The notes below the pieces were generated by a model. That model was not told where the DNA came from. It saw only the letters and a list, made by a program, of their open reading frames with translations, and did no database searches. From NCBI RefSeq assembly GCF_003334305.1, contig NZ_QOWS01000014.1: a stretch of DNA of 64,000 bases; one strand, written 5' to 3'. A program made the translations under genes and the position numbers. Below, one piece after another: positions 22,932 through 34,053 of this stretch. How positions within the stretch are numbered: position 1 is the stretch's first letter; every line of letters begins with the position of its first letter. This DNA comes from Escherichia coli. Lineage in GTDB: Bacteria; Pseudomonadota; Gammaproteobacteria; Enterobacterales; Enterobacteriaceae.

Positions 22932-24596
22932 TTACTCGCCTACTTTCGCCCAGGTATCACGCAGCCCAACGGTGCGGTTAAATACCGGTTTTTCCGCTGT
23001 GGAATGGCGGCTGTCGAGGCAGAAGTAACCTTCACGCTCAAACTGGAATGCTTTACCCGCAACCGCATCTTTCAGCGACGGTTCAGCAAAGCCCTGTTTG
23101 ATCACCAGCGATTCCGGGTTAATCACCGACAGGAAATCATCCGCAGCACCAGGGTTCGGCACGCTGAACAGACGGTCGTACAGACGGATTTCAACCGGCA
23201 GCGCATGTGCCGCGCTCACCCAGTGAATAACACCTTTGACTTTACGACCATCTGCCGGATCTTTGCTTAAGGTGTCGGCGTCATAAGTACAGAAGATGGT
23301 GGTGATATTGCCTTCGGCATCTTTCTCCACGCGTTCAGCCTTAATGACGTAAGCATTACGCAGACGCACTTCTTTACCCAGCACCAGACGTTTGTACTGC
23401 TTGTTAGCTTCTTCGCGGAAATCGGCGCGATCGATCCAAATCTCACCGCTAAACGGCACCTGACGACTCCCCATTTCCGGTTTGTTCGGATGGTTCGGCA
23501 TGGTGACCATTTCGCCTTCGCCCTGATAGTTTTCGATAACCAGTTTCACCGGATCGATAACCGCCATTGCGCGCGGCGCATTTTCGTTGAGATCTTCACG
23601 GATGCAGGATTCCAGCGATGCCATCTCAATGGTGTTGTCCTGCTTGGTCACGCCGATGCGTTTGCAGAACTCACGAATAGAAGCAGCAGTGTAACCACGA
23701 CGACGCAGACCGGAAATGGTCGGCATACGCGGGTCATCCCAGCCTTCAACGTGCTTGTCGGTCACCAGCAGGTTCAGCTTACGCTTGGACATCACAGTGT
23801 ATTCCAGATTCAGGCGCGAGAATTCGTACTGGCGCGGGTGAACAGGAATGGTGATGTTGTCCAGCACCCAGTCGTACAGGCGACGGTTGTCCTGGAACTC
23901 AAGCGTACACAGAGAGTGCGTAATACCTTCCAGGGCATCGCTGATGCAGTGGGTGAAGTCGTACATCGGGTAGATGCACCACTTGTTGCCAGTCTGGTGG
24001 TGTTCAGCAAATTTAATACGGTACAGCACCGGATCGCGCATCACGATAAACGGTGAAGCCATGTCGATTTTCGCACGCAGGCAGGCTTTACCTTCTTCAA
24101 AACCACCGGCACGCATTTTTTCGAACAGCGCCAGGTTCTCTTCAACGCTGCGGTCGCGGTACGGGCTGTTTTTACCCGGTTGCGTCAGGGTGCCGCGGTA
24201 TTCGCGGATCTGTTCCGGCGTCAGTTCATCAACGTACGCCAGGCCTTTATTGATCAGTTCGATCGCATAGGCGTGGAGCTGATCAAAATAATCGGAGGAG
24301 TAACGGACGTTACCAGACCAGTGAAAACCTAACCACTCTACGTCGTTTTTGATCGACTCAACATACTCGATATCTTCTTTTACCGGGTTAGTGTCGTCGA
24401 AACGCAGGTTGCACTGGCCTTTATAGTCCTGGGCGATCCCGAAGTTCAGGCAGATAGATTTCGCATGGCCAATATGCAGATAGCCATTCGGCTCCGGCGG
24501 GAAACGGGTGTGTACTGTGGTGTGCTTACCACTGGCCAGATCTTCATCGATGATCTGACGGATAAAGTTAGTCGGGCGGGCTTCTGCCTCACTCAT
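22932..24596 (-). CDS. glnS: Glutaminyl-tRNA synthetase, 554 aa
   Basis: ORF-track protein [53 protein letters not shown]... (class I HIGH motif, VMSKR KMSKS-type motif). Confidence 0.97.
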
Positions 24597-24758
24597 CGTG
24601 GATTCCTCAAAGCGTAAACAACGTATAACGGCGTATGATCTTATAAGCGGGACAGGCTGACAACTGTTAGTTTTTTAAAATTGATAATCTAACAAGGATT
24701 ATGGGGATGATTGATGAAAAAAAAAGCGGCAGAGAAGATCTCCACCGCTTGTCATTGT

Positions 24759-24786
24759 TGGATGCGACGCTCAAGCGTCGCATCAG
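24759..24786. repeat. REP-like perfect palindrome between nagE 3' end and glnS promoter
   Basis: GATGCGACGC-TCAA-GCGTCGCATC, a 10-bp perfect inverted repeat with 4-nt loop; not followed by a T-run on the nagE strand. Confidence 0.5.
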
Positions 24787-24798
24787 GCATAAAGCAGA

Positions 24799-26745
24799 TT
24801 ACTTTTTGATTTCATACAGCGGTGTTTGACCCGCCACAACATGGCCCTGAGCTTTAATGATCAAGCCACTGAAATCGTCGATATTGCTGCAAACCACCGG
24901 GCTAATCATCGAGCGGGCGTTAGCGTTCAGGTAATCCAGATCCATTTCCAGAATCGGTTGCCCTGCGCTTACCTGCGCACCCTCTTCCACCAGACGTTTA
25001 AAGCCTTTACCTTCCAGCGCTACGGTGTCGATACCCATATGGACGACGATCTCCGCGCCTTTTTCGGTTTCCAGGCAGAACGCGTGGTTGGTGTTGAAGA
25101 TTTTCACGATTGTCCCTGCGGCTGGTGATACGACGATTTTATCTGTCGGTTTCACCGCCACACCGTCACCCACCGCTTTGCTGGCGAATGCTTCGTCAGG
25201 AACCTGATCCAGTGCCACGACATCACCGGTAATCGGCGATACCAGCTCCGCGATAGATACCGCGTTTGGTACAGCCTGCGGTTTTGCTACAGGCGCGGCA
25301 GTTGCCGGAGTTGCTTCAGCTGACGCAGCTGCTACCGGACCGCGGGCAACGACTTTCTTCATCGCATCGCCGATGGATTCTGCTTTCGCGCCAACAATCA
25401 CCTGAATAGTCTGTTTGTTCAGTTTTACTACACCAGAAGCACCCAGACGTTTACACATCGTATCGTTAACGCGGGCAGAGTCAGCCACTGTAAGGCGCAG
25501 ACGGGTGATACAGGCGTCAATTGCTTTCAGGTTGTCAGTGCCGCCAACCGCAGCAATATAGTTGGTCGCCAGTTGATTGAGGCCTTCTTCAGTGTTGCTG
25601 TTGGCTTCTTCAGTAACGATCTCGTCTTCTTTATCTTCACGACCCGGCGTTTTCAGGTTGAACATGCGGATAACCAAACTGAACACCACGAAGTAGATAG
25701 CGAAGAAGACAACACCCATCACCAGCAGCATCCAGACGTTCTGGCTGGCGGCCGGCAGGTTATACATCAACGCGTAGTCGATAGCCCCCGCAGAGAAAGA
25801 GAAGCCAGCATGGATACCCAGCAGTGTTGCCACAAACAGGCTGATACCGGTCAGCAGTGCGTGCAGGAGGTACAGCAGCGGTGCAAGGAACATGAACAGG
25901 AATTCCAGCGGCTCAGTCACACCGGTCAGGAACGCAGTAACAGCAACAGAAAGCAGCATCCCGCCAACCATAGGACGACGCTCTTTCGGTGCTGCGAAGT
26001 ACATCGCCAGCGCCGCACCCGGCAGACCGAACATCATAATCGGGAAGAAGCCGGACATGAACATCCCCGCGGTGCCGTCACCGGCATAGAAGCGGTTGAT
26101 ATCACCGTGGAAAACCGTACCCGCCGCGTTGGTGAATTCACCAATCTGGAACCAGGCGATGGTGTTCAGCACCTGATGCAGACCGGTTGGGATCAGCAGA
26201 CGGTTGATGAAACCAAAGATACCGGAACCCAGCGCGCCCGCAGAAACGATCCACTCGCCTCCTGCATGGATAGCGTGCTGTACCGGCGGCCAGACGTAAC
26301 CAAAAATGGCCGCCAGCACCAGGCAGAAGAAGCCGGTGGCAATCGGCACAAAGCGTTTGCCGCCGAAGAAACTCAGGAAGTCCGGCAGTTTAATATCGGA
26401 CCAACGGTTATAGGCTGCGCCACCAACCAGACCGGTAATGATACCCGCCAGTACACCCATGTTAATTTCTGGGTTGATGGTCACCATCGCTTTGGTTAAC
26501 ACAAAGTAACCTACCGCACCCGCCAGCGCCGCCGCACCTGCGCTGTCTTTCGACCAGCTGGATGCCACACCGATGGCGAAGATTAATGCGAGGTTATCAA
26601 AAATCGCACCGCCCGCCTGGGCAATAAACGCAACGTTAAGTAAATCTGGCTGACCGAATCGCAGCAACAGTGCCGCCACCGGCAGCACCGCGATAGGGAG
26701 CTGTAACGCCCTACCGAGTCGCTGGAAAAAACCTAAAATATTCAT
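24799..26745 (-). CDS. nagE: PTS N-acetylglucosamine-specific EIICBA component NagE, 648 aa
   Basis: ORF-track protein MNILGFFQRLGRALQLPIAVLPVAALLLRFGQPDLLN...; EIIB Cys motif (CITRLR) and C-terminal EIIA domain. Confidence 0.96.
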   Translation of the reverse strand: MNILGFFQRLGRALQLPIAVLPVAALLLRFGQPDLLNVAFIAQAGGAIFDNLALIFAIGVASSWSKDSAGAAALAGAVGYFVLTKAMVTINPEINMGVLAGIITGLVGGAAYNRWSDIKLPDFLSFFGGKRFVPIATGFFCLVLAAIFGYVWPPVQHAIHAGGEWIVSAGALGSGIFGFINRLLIPTGLHQVLNTIAWFQIGEFTNAAGTVFHGDINRFYAGDGTAGMFMSGFFPIMMFGLPGAALAMYFAAPKERRPMVGGMLLSVAVTAFLTGVTEPLEFLFMFLAPLLYLLHALLTGISLFVATLLGIHAGFSFSAGAIDYALMYNLPAASQNVWMLLVMGVVFFAIYFVVFSLVIRMFNLKTPGREDKEDEIVTEEANSNTEEGLNQLATNYIAAVGGTDNLKAIDACITRLRLTVADSARVNDTMCKRLGASGVVKLNKQTIQVIVGAKAESIGDAMKKVVARGPVAAASAEATPATAAPVAKPQAVPNAVSIAELVSPITGDVVALDQVPDEAFASKAVGDGVAVKPTDKIVVSPAAGTIVKIFNTNHAFCLETEKGAEIVVHMGIDTVALEGKGFKRLVEEGAQVSAGQPILEMDLDYLNANARSMISPVVCSNIDDFSGLIIKAQGHVVAGQTPLYEIKK

Positions 26746-26867
26746 CTTATTCCCCCTACGAGAACCCTATTTGGCTCGTTTAAAGCCGTATTTTTATTTT
26801 GCTGCAAATTGTACTGCCGATGTTCTGTAATCAGATTGTTAGATCATCTGCTACAGAGTGTGTGAAA

Positions 26868-26892
26868 ATTTAATTCGTATCGCAAATTAAAC
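26868..26892. promoter_or_regulatory. Candidate NagC operator in the nagE-nagB divergent control region
   Basis: AATTTAATTCGTATCGCAAATTAAA: AT-rich dyad TTAATTCG/CGCAAATTAA; about 30 bp from the CRP site. Assignment from the known nag regulon architecture. Confidence 0.4.
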
Positions 26893-26899
26893 GCGTGTC

Positions 26900-26921
26900 T
26901 TTTGTGAGTTTTGTCACCAAA
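26900..26921. promoter_or_regulatory. CRP binding site, nagE-nagB intergenic
   Basis: TGTGA-GTTTTG-TCACC at 26903..26918, a near-consensus TGTGA-N6-TCACA site, central in the divergent promoter region. Confidence 0.7.
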
Positions 26922-26962
26922 TATCGTTATCATCACTCCCTTTTACTGGCTAAACCAGAAAA

Positions 26963-26985
26963 CTTATTTTATCATTCAAAAAATC
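26963..26985. promoter_or_regulatory. Second candidate NagC operator near the nagB promoter
   Basis: CTTATTTTATCATTCAAAAAATC, AT-rich element about 94 bp from the first candidate, on the opposite side of the CRP site, consistent with the looped two-operator arrangement. Confidence 0.35.
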
Positions 26986-27077
26986 AGGTCGGATTGACGC
27001 CTGTCTGCGCAAATCCAGGTTACGCTTAAAGATGCCTAATCCGCCAACGGCTTACATTTTACTTATTGAGGTGAATA

Positions 27078-27878
27078 ATGAGACTGATCCCCCTGACTAC
27101 CGCTGAACAGGTCGGCAAATGGGCTGCTCGCCATATCGTCAATCGTATCAATGCGTTCAAACCGACTGCCGATCGTCCGTTTGTTCTGGGCCTGCCGACT
27201 GGCGGCACGCCGATGACCACCTATAAAGCGTTAGTCGAAATGCATAAAGCAGGCCAGGTCAGCTTTAAGCACGTTGTCACCTTCAACATGGACGAATATG
27301 TCGGTCTGCCGAAAGAGCATCCGGAAAGCTACTACAGCTTTATGCACCGTAATTTCTTCGATCACGTTGATATTCCAGCAGAAAACATCAACCTTCTCAA
27401 CGGCAACGCCCCGGATATCGACGCCGAATGCCGCCAGTATGAAGAAAAAATCCGTTCTTACGGAAAAATTCATCTGTTTATGGGCGGTGTAGGTAACGAC
27501 GGTCATATTGCATTTAACGAACCGGCGTCTTCTCTGGCTTCTCGTACTCGTATCAAAACCTTGACTCATGACACTCGCGTCGCGAACTCTCGTTTCTTTG
27601 ATAACGATGTCAATCAGGTGCCAAAATATGCCCTGACTGTCGGTGTTGGTACATTGCTGGATGCCGAAGAAGTGATGATTCTGGTGCTGGGTAGCCAGAA
27701 AGCACTGGCACTGCAGGCTGCAGTTGAAGGTTGCGTGAACCACATGTGGACCATCAGCTGTCTGCAACTGCATCCAAAAGCGATCATGGTGTGCGATGAA
27801 CCTTCCACCATGGAGCTGAAAGTTAAGACTTTAAGATATTTCAATGAATTAGAAGCAGAAAATATCAAAGGTCTGTAA
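27078..27878 (+). CDS. nagB: Glucosamine-6-phosphate deaminase NagB, 266 aa
   Basis: ORF-track protein [45 protein letters not shown]... Confidence 0.97.
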
Positions 27879-27922
27879 TTGTTATCCCTGCCCTGGCTCC
27901 TTGCTCAGGGCAATATTTTTAA

Positions 27923-29086
<1,164 letters not shown>

Positions 29087-29094
29087 GAGAAAGT

Positions 29095-30315
29095 ATGACA
29101 CCAGGCGGACAAGCTCAGATAGGTAATGTTGATCTCGTAAAACAGCTTAACAGCGCGGCGGTTTATCGCCTGATTGACCAGTACGGGCCAATCTCGCGGA
29201 TTCAGATTGCCGAGCAAAGCCAGCTTGCCCCCGCCAGCGTAACCAAAATTACGCGTCAGCTTATCGAACGCGGGCTGATCAAAGAAGTTGATCAGCAGGC
29301 CTCCACCGGGGGCCGCCGCGCTATCTCCATCGTCACCGAAACCCGCAATTTCCACGCAATCGGCGTACGGCTTGGTCGTCACGACGCCACCATCACCCTG
29401 TTTGATCTCAGCAGCAAAGTGCTGGCAGAAGAACATTACCCGCTGCCGGAACGTACCCAGCAAACGCTGGAACATGCCCTGTTGAATGCCATTGCTCAGT
29501 TTATTGATAGCTACCAGCGCAAACTGCGCGAGCTGATCGCGATTTCGGTGATCCTGCCAGGGCTTGTTGACCCGGACAGCGGCAAAATTCATTACATGCC
29601 GCATATTCAGGTAGAAAACTGGGGGCTGGTAGAAGCACTGGAAGAACGTTTTAAAGTGACCTGTTTCGTTGGTCACGATATCCGTAGTCTGGCGCTGGCG
29701 GAGCACTACTTCGGTGCAAGTCAGGATTGCGAAGACTCCATTCTGGTGCGTGTCCATCGCGGAACCGGGGCCGGGATTATCTCTAACGGGCGCATTTTTA
29801 TTGGCCGCAACGGCAACGTCGGTGAAATTGGCCATATTCAGGTCGAACCGCTGGGTGAACGCTGCCACTGCGGCAACTTTGGCTGCCTGGAAACTATCGC
29901 TGCCAACGCCGCTATTGAACAACGGGTGTTGAATCTGTTAAAGCAGGGCTACCAGAGCCGCGTGCCGCTGGACGACTGCACCATCAAAACTATCTGCAAA
30001 GCCGCGAACAAAGGCGATAGCCTGGCCTCGGAAGTGATTGAGTATGTCGGTCGTCATCTGGGCAAAACCATCGCCATTGCTATCAACTTATTTAATCCGC
30101 AAAAAATTGTTATTGCCGGTGAAATCACCGAAGCCGATAAAGTGCTGCTCCCTGCTATTGAAAGCTGCATTAATACCCAGGCGCTGAAGGCGTTTCGCAC
30201 TAATCTGCCGGTGGTACGTTCTGAGCTGGATCACCGCTCGGCAATCGGCGCTTTTGCGCTGGTAAAACGCGCCATGCTCAACGGTATTTTGCTCCAGCAT
30301 TTGCTGGAAAATTAA
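29095..30315 (+). CDS. nagC: ROK-family transcriptional regulator NagC, 406 aa
   Basis: ORF-track protein MTPGGQAQIGNVDLVKQLNSAAVYRLIDQYGPISRIQIAEQSQLAPASVTKITRQLIERGLI... (N-terminal HTH, ROK zinc motif CHCGNFGCLE). Confidence 0.97.
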   Translation: MTPGGQAQIGNVDLVKQLNSAAVYRLIDQYGPISRIQIAEQSQLAPASVTKITRQLIERGLIKEVDQQASTGGRRAISIVTETRNFHAIGVRLGRHDATITLFDLSSKVLAEEHYPLPERTQQTLEHALLNAIAQFIDSYQRKLRELIAISVILPGLVDPDSGKIHYMPHIQVENWGLVEALEERFKVTCFVGHDIRSLALAEHYFGASQDCEDSILVRVHRGTGAGIISNGRIFIGRNGNVGEIGHIQVEPLGERCHCGNFGCLETIAANAAIEQRVLNLLKQGYQSRVPLDDCTIKTICKAANKGDSLASEVIEYVGRHLGKTIAIAINLFNPQKIVIAGEITEADKVLLPAIESCINTQALKAFRTNLPVVRSELDHRSAIGAFALVKRAMLNGILLQHLLEN

Positions 30316-30362
30316 TGTGCTTTTATAGTGGCGCTTATTGTTGTCAATATTCTGGGTAGTCC

Positions 30363-31115
30363 ATGACCATTAAAAATGTAATTTGCGATATCGACGGCGT
30401 GCTGATGCACGATAACGTCGCCGTACCGGGTGCAGCGGAATTTTTGCACGGGATTATGGATAAAGGCCTGCCGCTGGTGTTGCTGACCAACTATCCTTCG
30501 CAGACCGGGCAAGATCTGGCGAACCGCTTTGCCACTGCCGGTGTCGATGTGCCGGATAGCGTGTTTTATACCTCTGCGATGGCGACTGCCGATTTCCTGC
30601 GTCGCCAGGAAGGCAAGAAAGCGTATGTGGTGGGCGAAGGCGCACTGATTCATGAACTGTACAAAGCCGGTTTCACTATTACCGATGTGAACCCTGATTT
30701 TGTGATTGTTGGCGAAACGCGTTCCTACAACTGGGACATGATGCATAAAGCGGCCTATTTCGTCGCTAACGGTGCACGCTTTATCGCCACCAACCCGGAC
30801 ACCCACGGGCGCGGTTTTTATCCCGCTTGTGGCGCGTTGTGTGCAGGGATTGAGAAAATCTCCGGGCGCAAACCGTTCTATGTTGGTAAGCCCAGCCCGT
30901 GGATCATCCGCGCGGCATTAAACAAAATGCAGGCGCATTCGGAAGAAACGGTGATTGTCGGCGATAACTTGCGTACCGATATTCTGGCGGGCTTCCAGGC
31001 GGGTCTGGAGACGATTCTGGTGCTTTCTGGTGTTTCGTCGCTCGACGATATCGACAGTATGCCGTTCCGCCCAAGTTGGATTTACCCATCGGTCGCTGAA
31101 ATCGACGTTATCTGA
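30363..31115 (+). CDS. nagD: HAD-family UMP phosphatase NagD/UmpH, 250 aa
   Basis: ORF-track protein MTIKNVICDIDGVLMHDNVAVPGAAEFLHGIMDKGLPLVLLTNYPSQTGQ... (DxDGV HAD motif). Confidence 0.96.
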   Translation: MTIKNVICDIDGVLMHDNVAVPGAAEFLHGIMDKGLPLVLLTNYPSQTGQDLANRFATAGVDVPDSVFYTSAMATADFLRRQEGKKAYVVGEGALIHELYKAGFTITDVNPDFVIVGETRSYNWDMMHKAAYFVANGARFIATNPDTHGRGFYPACGALCAGIEKISGRKPFYVGKPSPWIIRAALNKMQAHSEETVIVGDNLRTDILAGFQAGLETILVLSGVSSLDDIDSMPFRPSWIYPSVAEIDVI

Positions 31116-31371
31116 ATAGCAACCACGTCTGCGGACGTGGTTTCTTATTTTTACCCATCATTAAAATCATCCCATTCAATAAAACCCGTCAAAAATTATC
31201 GATCCATCAATAAATACGCCACCACACCCTATCCTTTTTCACAAATCAGCAATCACCATTACGTTTTTTATTTTTTCACCGCCAAATCGCTTGCGCACAG
31301 TGCTGCTTTGCGGCATTTTTTTAAACAAGCAAACACAACAAGCAACAAATACCAAGTTAACGGAGAAGGTT

Positions 31372-33036
31372 ATGTGTTCAATTTTTGGCGTATTCGATAT
31401 CAAAACAGACGCAGTTGAGCTGCGTAAGAAAGCACTCGAGCTGTCACGCCTGATGCGTCATCGTGGCCCGGACTGGTCCGGTATTTATGCCAGCGATAAC
31501 GCCATTCTCGCTCACGAACGTCTGTCAATTGTTGACGTTAACGCGGGGGCGCAACCTCTCTACAACCAACAAAAAACCCACGTACTGGCGGTAAACGGTG
31601 AAATCTACAACCACCAGGCATTGCGCGCTGAATATGGCGATCGTTATCAGTTCCAGACAGGGTCTGACTGTGAAGTGATCCTCGCGCTGTATCAGGAAAA
31701 AGGGCCGGAATTTCTCGACGACTTGCAGGGCATGTTTGCCTTTGCCCTGTACGACAGCGAAAAAGATGCCTACCTGATTGGTCGCGACCATCTGGGGATC
31801 ATCCCACTGTATATGGGCTATGACGAACACGGTCAGCTGTATGTGGCCTCAGAAATGAAATCGCTGGTGCCAGTTTGCCGCACGATTAAAGAGTTCCCGG
31901 CGGGGAGCTATTTGTGGAGCCAGGACGGCGAAATCCGTTCTTATTATCATCGCGACTGGTTCGACTTTGATGCAGTGAAAGATAACGTGACCGACAAAAA
32001 CGAGCTGCGTCAGGCTCTAGAAGATTCCGTTAAAAGCCATCTGATGTCTGATGTGCCTTACGGTGTGCTGCTTTCTGGTGGTCTGGATTCCTCAATTATT
32101 TCCGCTATCACCAAGAAATACGCAGCCCGTCGCGTGGAAGATCAGGAACGCTCTGAAGCCTGGTGGCCGCAGTTACACTCCTTTGCTGTAGGTCTGCCGG
32201 GTTCACCGGATCTTAAAGCAGCCCAGGAAGTGGCAAACCATCTGGGCACGGTGCATCACGAAATTCACTTCACTGTACAGGAAGGTCTGGATGCCATCCG
32301 CGACGTGATTTACCACATCGAAACTTATGATGTGACCACTATTCGCGCTTCAACACCGATGTATTTAATGTCGCGTAAGATCAAGGCGATGGGCATTAAA
32401 ATGGTGCTGTCCGGTGAAGGTTCTGATGAAGTGTTTGGCGGTTATCTTTACTTCCATAAAGCGCCCAACGCTAAAGAACTGCATGAAGAGACGGTGCGTA
32501 AACTGCTGGCCCTGCATATGTATGACTGCGCGCGCGCCAACAAAGCGATGTCCGCCTGGGGCGTGGAAGCGCGCGTTCCGTTCCTCGACAAAAAATTCCT
32601 TGATGTGGCGATGCGCATTAACCCGCAGGATAAAATGTGCGGTAACAGCAAAATGGAAAAACACATCCTGCGTGAATGTTTTGAGTCATACCTGCCCGCA
32701 AGCGTGGCCTGGCGGCAGAAAGAGCAGTTCTCCGATGGCGTCGGTTACAGTTGGATCGACACCCTGAAAGAAGTGGCGGCGCAGCAGGTTTCTGATCAGC
32801 AACTGGAAACTGCCCGCTTCCGCTTCCCGTACAACACGCCAACCTCAAAAGAAGCGTATCTGTACCGGGAGATCTTTGAAGAACTGTTCCCGCTTCCGAG
32901 CGCCGCTGAGTGCGTGCCTGGCGGTCCTTCCGTCGCGTGTTCTTCCGCTAAAGCGATTGAGTGGGATGAGGCGTTCAAGAAAATGGACGATCCGTCTGGT
33001 CGTGCGGTTGGCGTTCACCAGTCGGCGTATAAGTAA
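31372..33036 (+). CDS. asnB: Asparagine synthetase B (glutamine-hydrolysing), 554 aa
   Basis: Internal ATG of ORF 31291..33036 gives MCSIFGVFDIKTDAVELRKKALELSRLMRHRGPDWSGIY (N-terminal nucleophile Cys2) and the SGGLDSS PP-loop. Confidence 0.96.
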   Translation: MCSIFGVFDIKTDAVELRKKALELSRLMRHRGPDWSGIYASDNAILAHERLSIVDVNAGAQPLYNQQKTHVLAVNGEIYNHQALRAEYGDRYQFQTGSDCEVILALYQEKGPEFLDDLQGMFAFALYDSEKDAYLIGRDHLGIIPLYMGYDEHGQLYVASEMKSLVPVCRTIKEFPAGSYLWSQDGEIRSYYHRDWFDFDAVKDNVTDKNELRQALEDSVKSHLMSDVPYGVLLSGGLDSSIISAITKKYAARRVEDQERSEAWWPQLHSFAVGLPGSPDLKAAQEVANHLGTVHHEIHFTVQEGLDAIRDVIYHIETYDVTTIRASTPMYLMSRKIKAMGIKMVLSGEGSDEVFGGYLYFHKAPNAKELHEETVRKLLALHMYDCARANKAMSAWGVEARVPFLDKKFLDVAMRINPQDKMCGNSKMEKHILRECFESYLPASVAWRQKEQFSDGVGYSWIDTLKEVAAQQVSDQQLETARFRFPYNTPTSKEAYLYREIFEELFPLPSAAECVPGGPSVACSSAKAIEWDEAFKKMDDPSGRAVGVHQSAYK

Positions 33037-33044
33037 GAAATGCG

Positions 33045-33076
33045 AAACAGCCCCGGTGAAATCCGGGGCTGTTTCA
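33045..33076 (+). terminator. asnB intrinsic terminator
   Basis: AAACAGCCCCGG-TGAAAT-CCGGGGCTGTTT hairpin 9 bp after the asnB stop. Confidence 0.65.
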
Positions 33077-33347
33077 GTTATTGAGGTGCTTGTTAATTCT
33101 GATATGCAGTAAGGAAATGTTCCGGGTTTGCCACATCACTGTTTGACAACTCATCACTGTAGGCCAGTATTTCATAGATTAATTTCCCACCACTATTGTT
33201 GAATTCCGAATTTCATCCTGTACGACAAAAGAATGGCTGTAGGGTGGGGAAAAAACACAAAGTAAACAATAATTGACGAATATAGCGCCACGCTGTTCGC
33301 AACCTAACCAAACAGTCACTTTCGAGCAATTTTCCTTGAAAAAGAGG

Positions 33348-33376
33348 TTGACGCTGCAAGGCTCTATACGCATAAT
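33348..33376 (+). promoter_or_regulatory. Promoter of the metT tRNA operon
   Basis: TTGACG (33348..33353), 17-bp spacer, CATAAT (33371..33376), then GC-rich discriminator GCGCCCCGC typical of stringently controlled stable-RNA promoters; about 40 bp upstream of the first tRNA. Confidence 0.65.
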
Positions 33377-33416
33377 GCGCCCCGCAACGCCGATAAGGTA
33401 TCGCGAAAAAAAAGAT

Positions 33417-33493
33417 GGCTACGTAGCTCAGTTGGTTAGAGCACATCACTCATAATGATGGGGTCACAGGTTCGAATCCCGTCGTAGCCACCA
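33417..33493 (+). tRNA. metT: tRNA-Met (elongator, anticodon CAU)
   Basis: GGCTACGTAGCTCAGTTGGTTAGAGCACATCACTCATAATGATGGGGTCACAGGTTCGAATCCCGTCGTAGCCACCA; cloverleaf with CAT anticodon and encoded CCA. Confidence 0.95.
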
Positions 33494-33502
33494 TCTTTTT
33501 TT

Positions 33503-33587
33503 GCGGGAGTGGCGAAATTGGTAGACGCACCAGATTTAGGTTCTGGCGCCGCAAGGTGTGCGAGTTCAAGTCTCGCCTCCCGCACCA
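33503..33587 (+). tRNA. leuW: tRNA-Leu (anticodon UAG), long variable arm
   Basis: GCGGGAGTGGCGAAATTGGTAGACGCACCAGATTTAGGTTCTGG...CCCGCACCA; anticodon loop TTTAGGT. Confidence 0.93.
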
Positions 33588-33610
33588 TTCACCAGAAAGC
33601 GTTGTACGGA

Positions 33611-33685
33611 TGGGGTATCGCCAAGCGGTAAGGCACCGGTTTTTGATACCGGCATTCCCTGGTTCGAATCCAGGTACCCCAGCCA
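33611..33685 (+). tRNA. glnU: tRNA-Gln (anticodon UUG)
   Basis: TGGGGTATCGCCAAGCGGTAAGGCACCGGTTTTTGATACCGG...CCCCAGCCA; anticodon loop TTTTGAT. Confidence 0.93.
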
Positions 33686-33700
33686 TCGAAGAAACAATCT

Positions 33701-33777
33701 GGCTACGTAGCTCAGTTGGTTAGAGCACATCACTCATAATGATGGGGTCACAGGTTCGAATCCCGTCGTAGCCACCA
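33701..33777 (+). tRNA. metU: tRNA-Met (elongator, anticodon CAU), second copy
   Basis: Identical 77-nt sequence to the first tRNA-Met. Confidence 0.95.
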
Positions 33778-33825
33778 AATTCTGAATGTGTCGAATACGT
33801 TCGGCAAATTCAAAAACCAATTTGT

Positions 33826-33900
33826 TGGGGTATCGCCAAGCGGTAAGGCACCGGATTCTGATTCCGGCATTCCGAGGTTCGAATCCTCGTACCCCAGCCA
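33826..33900 (+). tRNA. glnV: tRNA-Gln (anticodon CUG)
   Basis: TGGGGTATCGCCAAGCGGTAAGGCACCGGATTCTGATTCCGG...CCCCAGCCA; anticodon loop ATTCTGA. Confidence 0.93.
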
Positions 33901-33904
33901 CATT

Positions 33905-33931
33905 AAAAAAGCTCGCTTCGGCGAGCTTTTT
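33905..33931 (+). terminator. Intrinsic terminator of the tRNA operon
   Basis: AAAAAAGCTCGC-TTCG-GCGAGCTTTTT directly after the last tRNA. Confidence 0.8.
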
Positions 33932-33984
33932 GCTTTTCTGCGTTCATTCAATGTCGAATGCGATGTTGACACGTTTTATCCTTC

Positions 33985-34048
33985 AATGTCGGATGCGACG
34001 CTGCCGCGTCTTATCCGACCTACGGTTGGCACGCATCCGGCAATGTTG
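33985..34048. repeat. REP (repetitive extragenic palindromic) element
   Basis: TGTCGGATGCGACGCTGCCGCGTCTTATCCGACCTACGGTTGGCACGCATCCGGCA, the familiar GCCGGATGCG...CTTATCCGGCCTAC REP pattern, between the tRNA terminator and the ubiF stop. Confidence 0.7.
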
Positions 34049-34053
34049 TAAGG

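Noticed and set aside
23490-24056. 188-aa plus-strand ORF
   Set aside because: Antisense to glnS; no independent signals.
25573-26499. 308-aa plus-strand ORF
   Set aside because: Antisense to nagE; highly charged His/Gln/Arg-rich translation; shadow ORF.
33400-34053. Possible integrative element or prophage at the tRNA cluster
   Set aside because: No integrase, no direct repeat of a tRNA 3' end, and the flanks (asnB, ubiF) are core genes directly adjacent.
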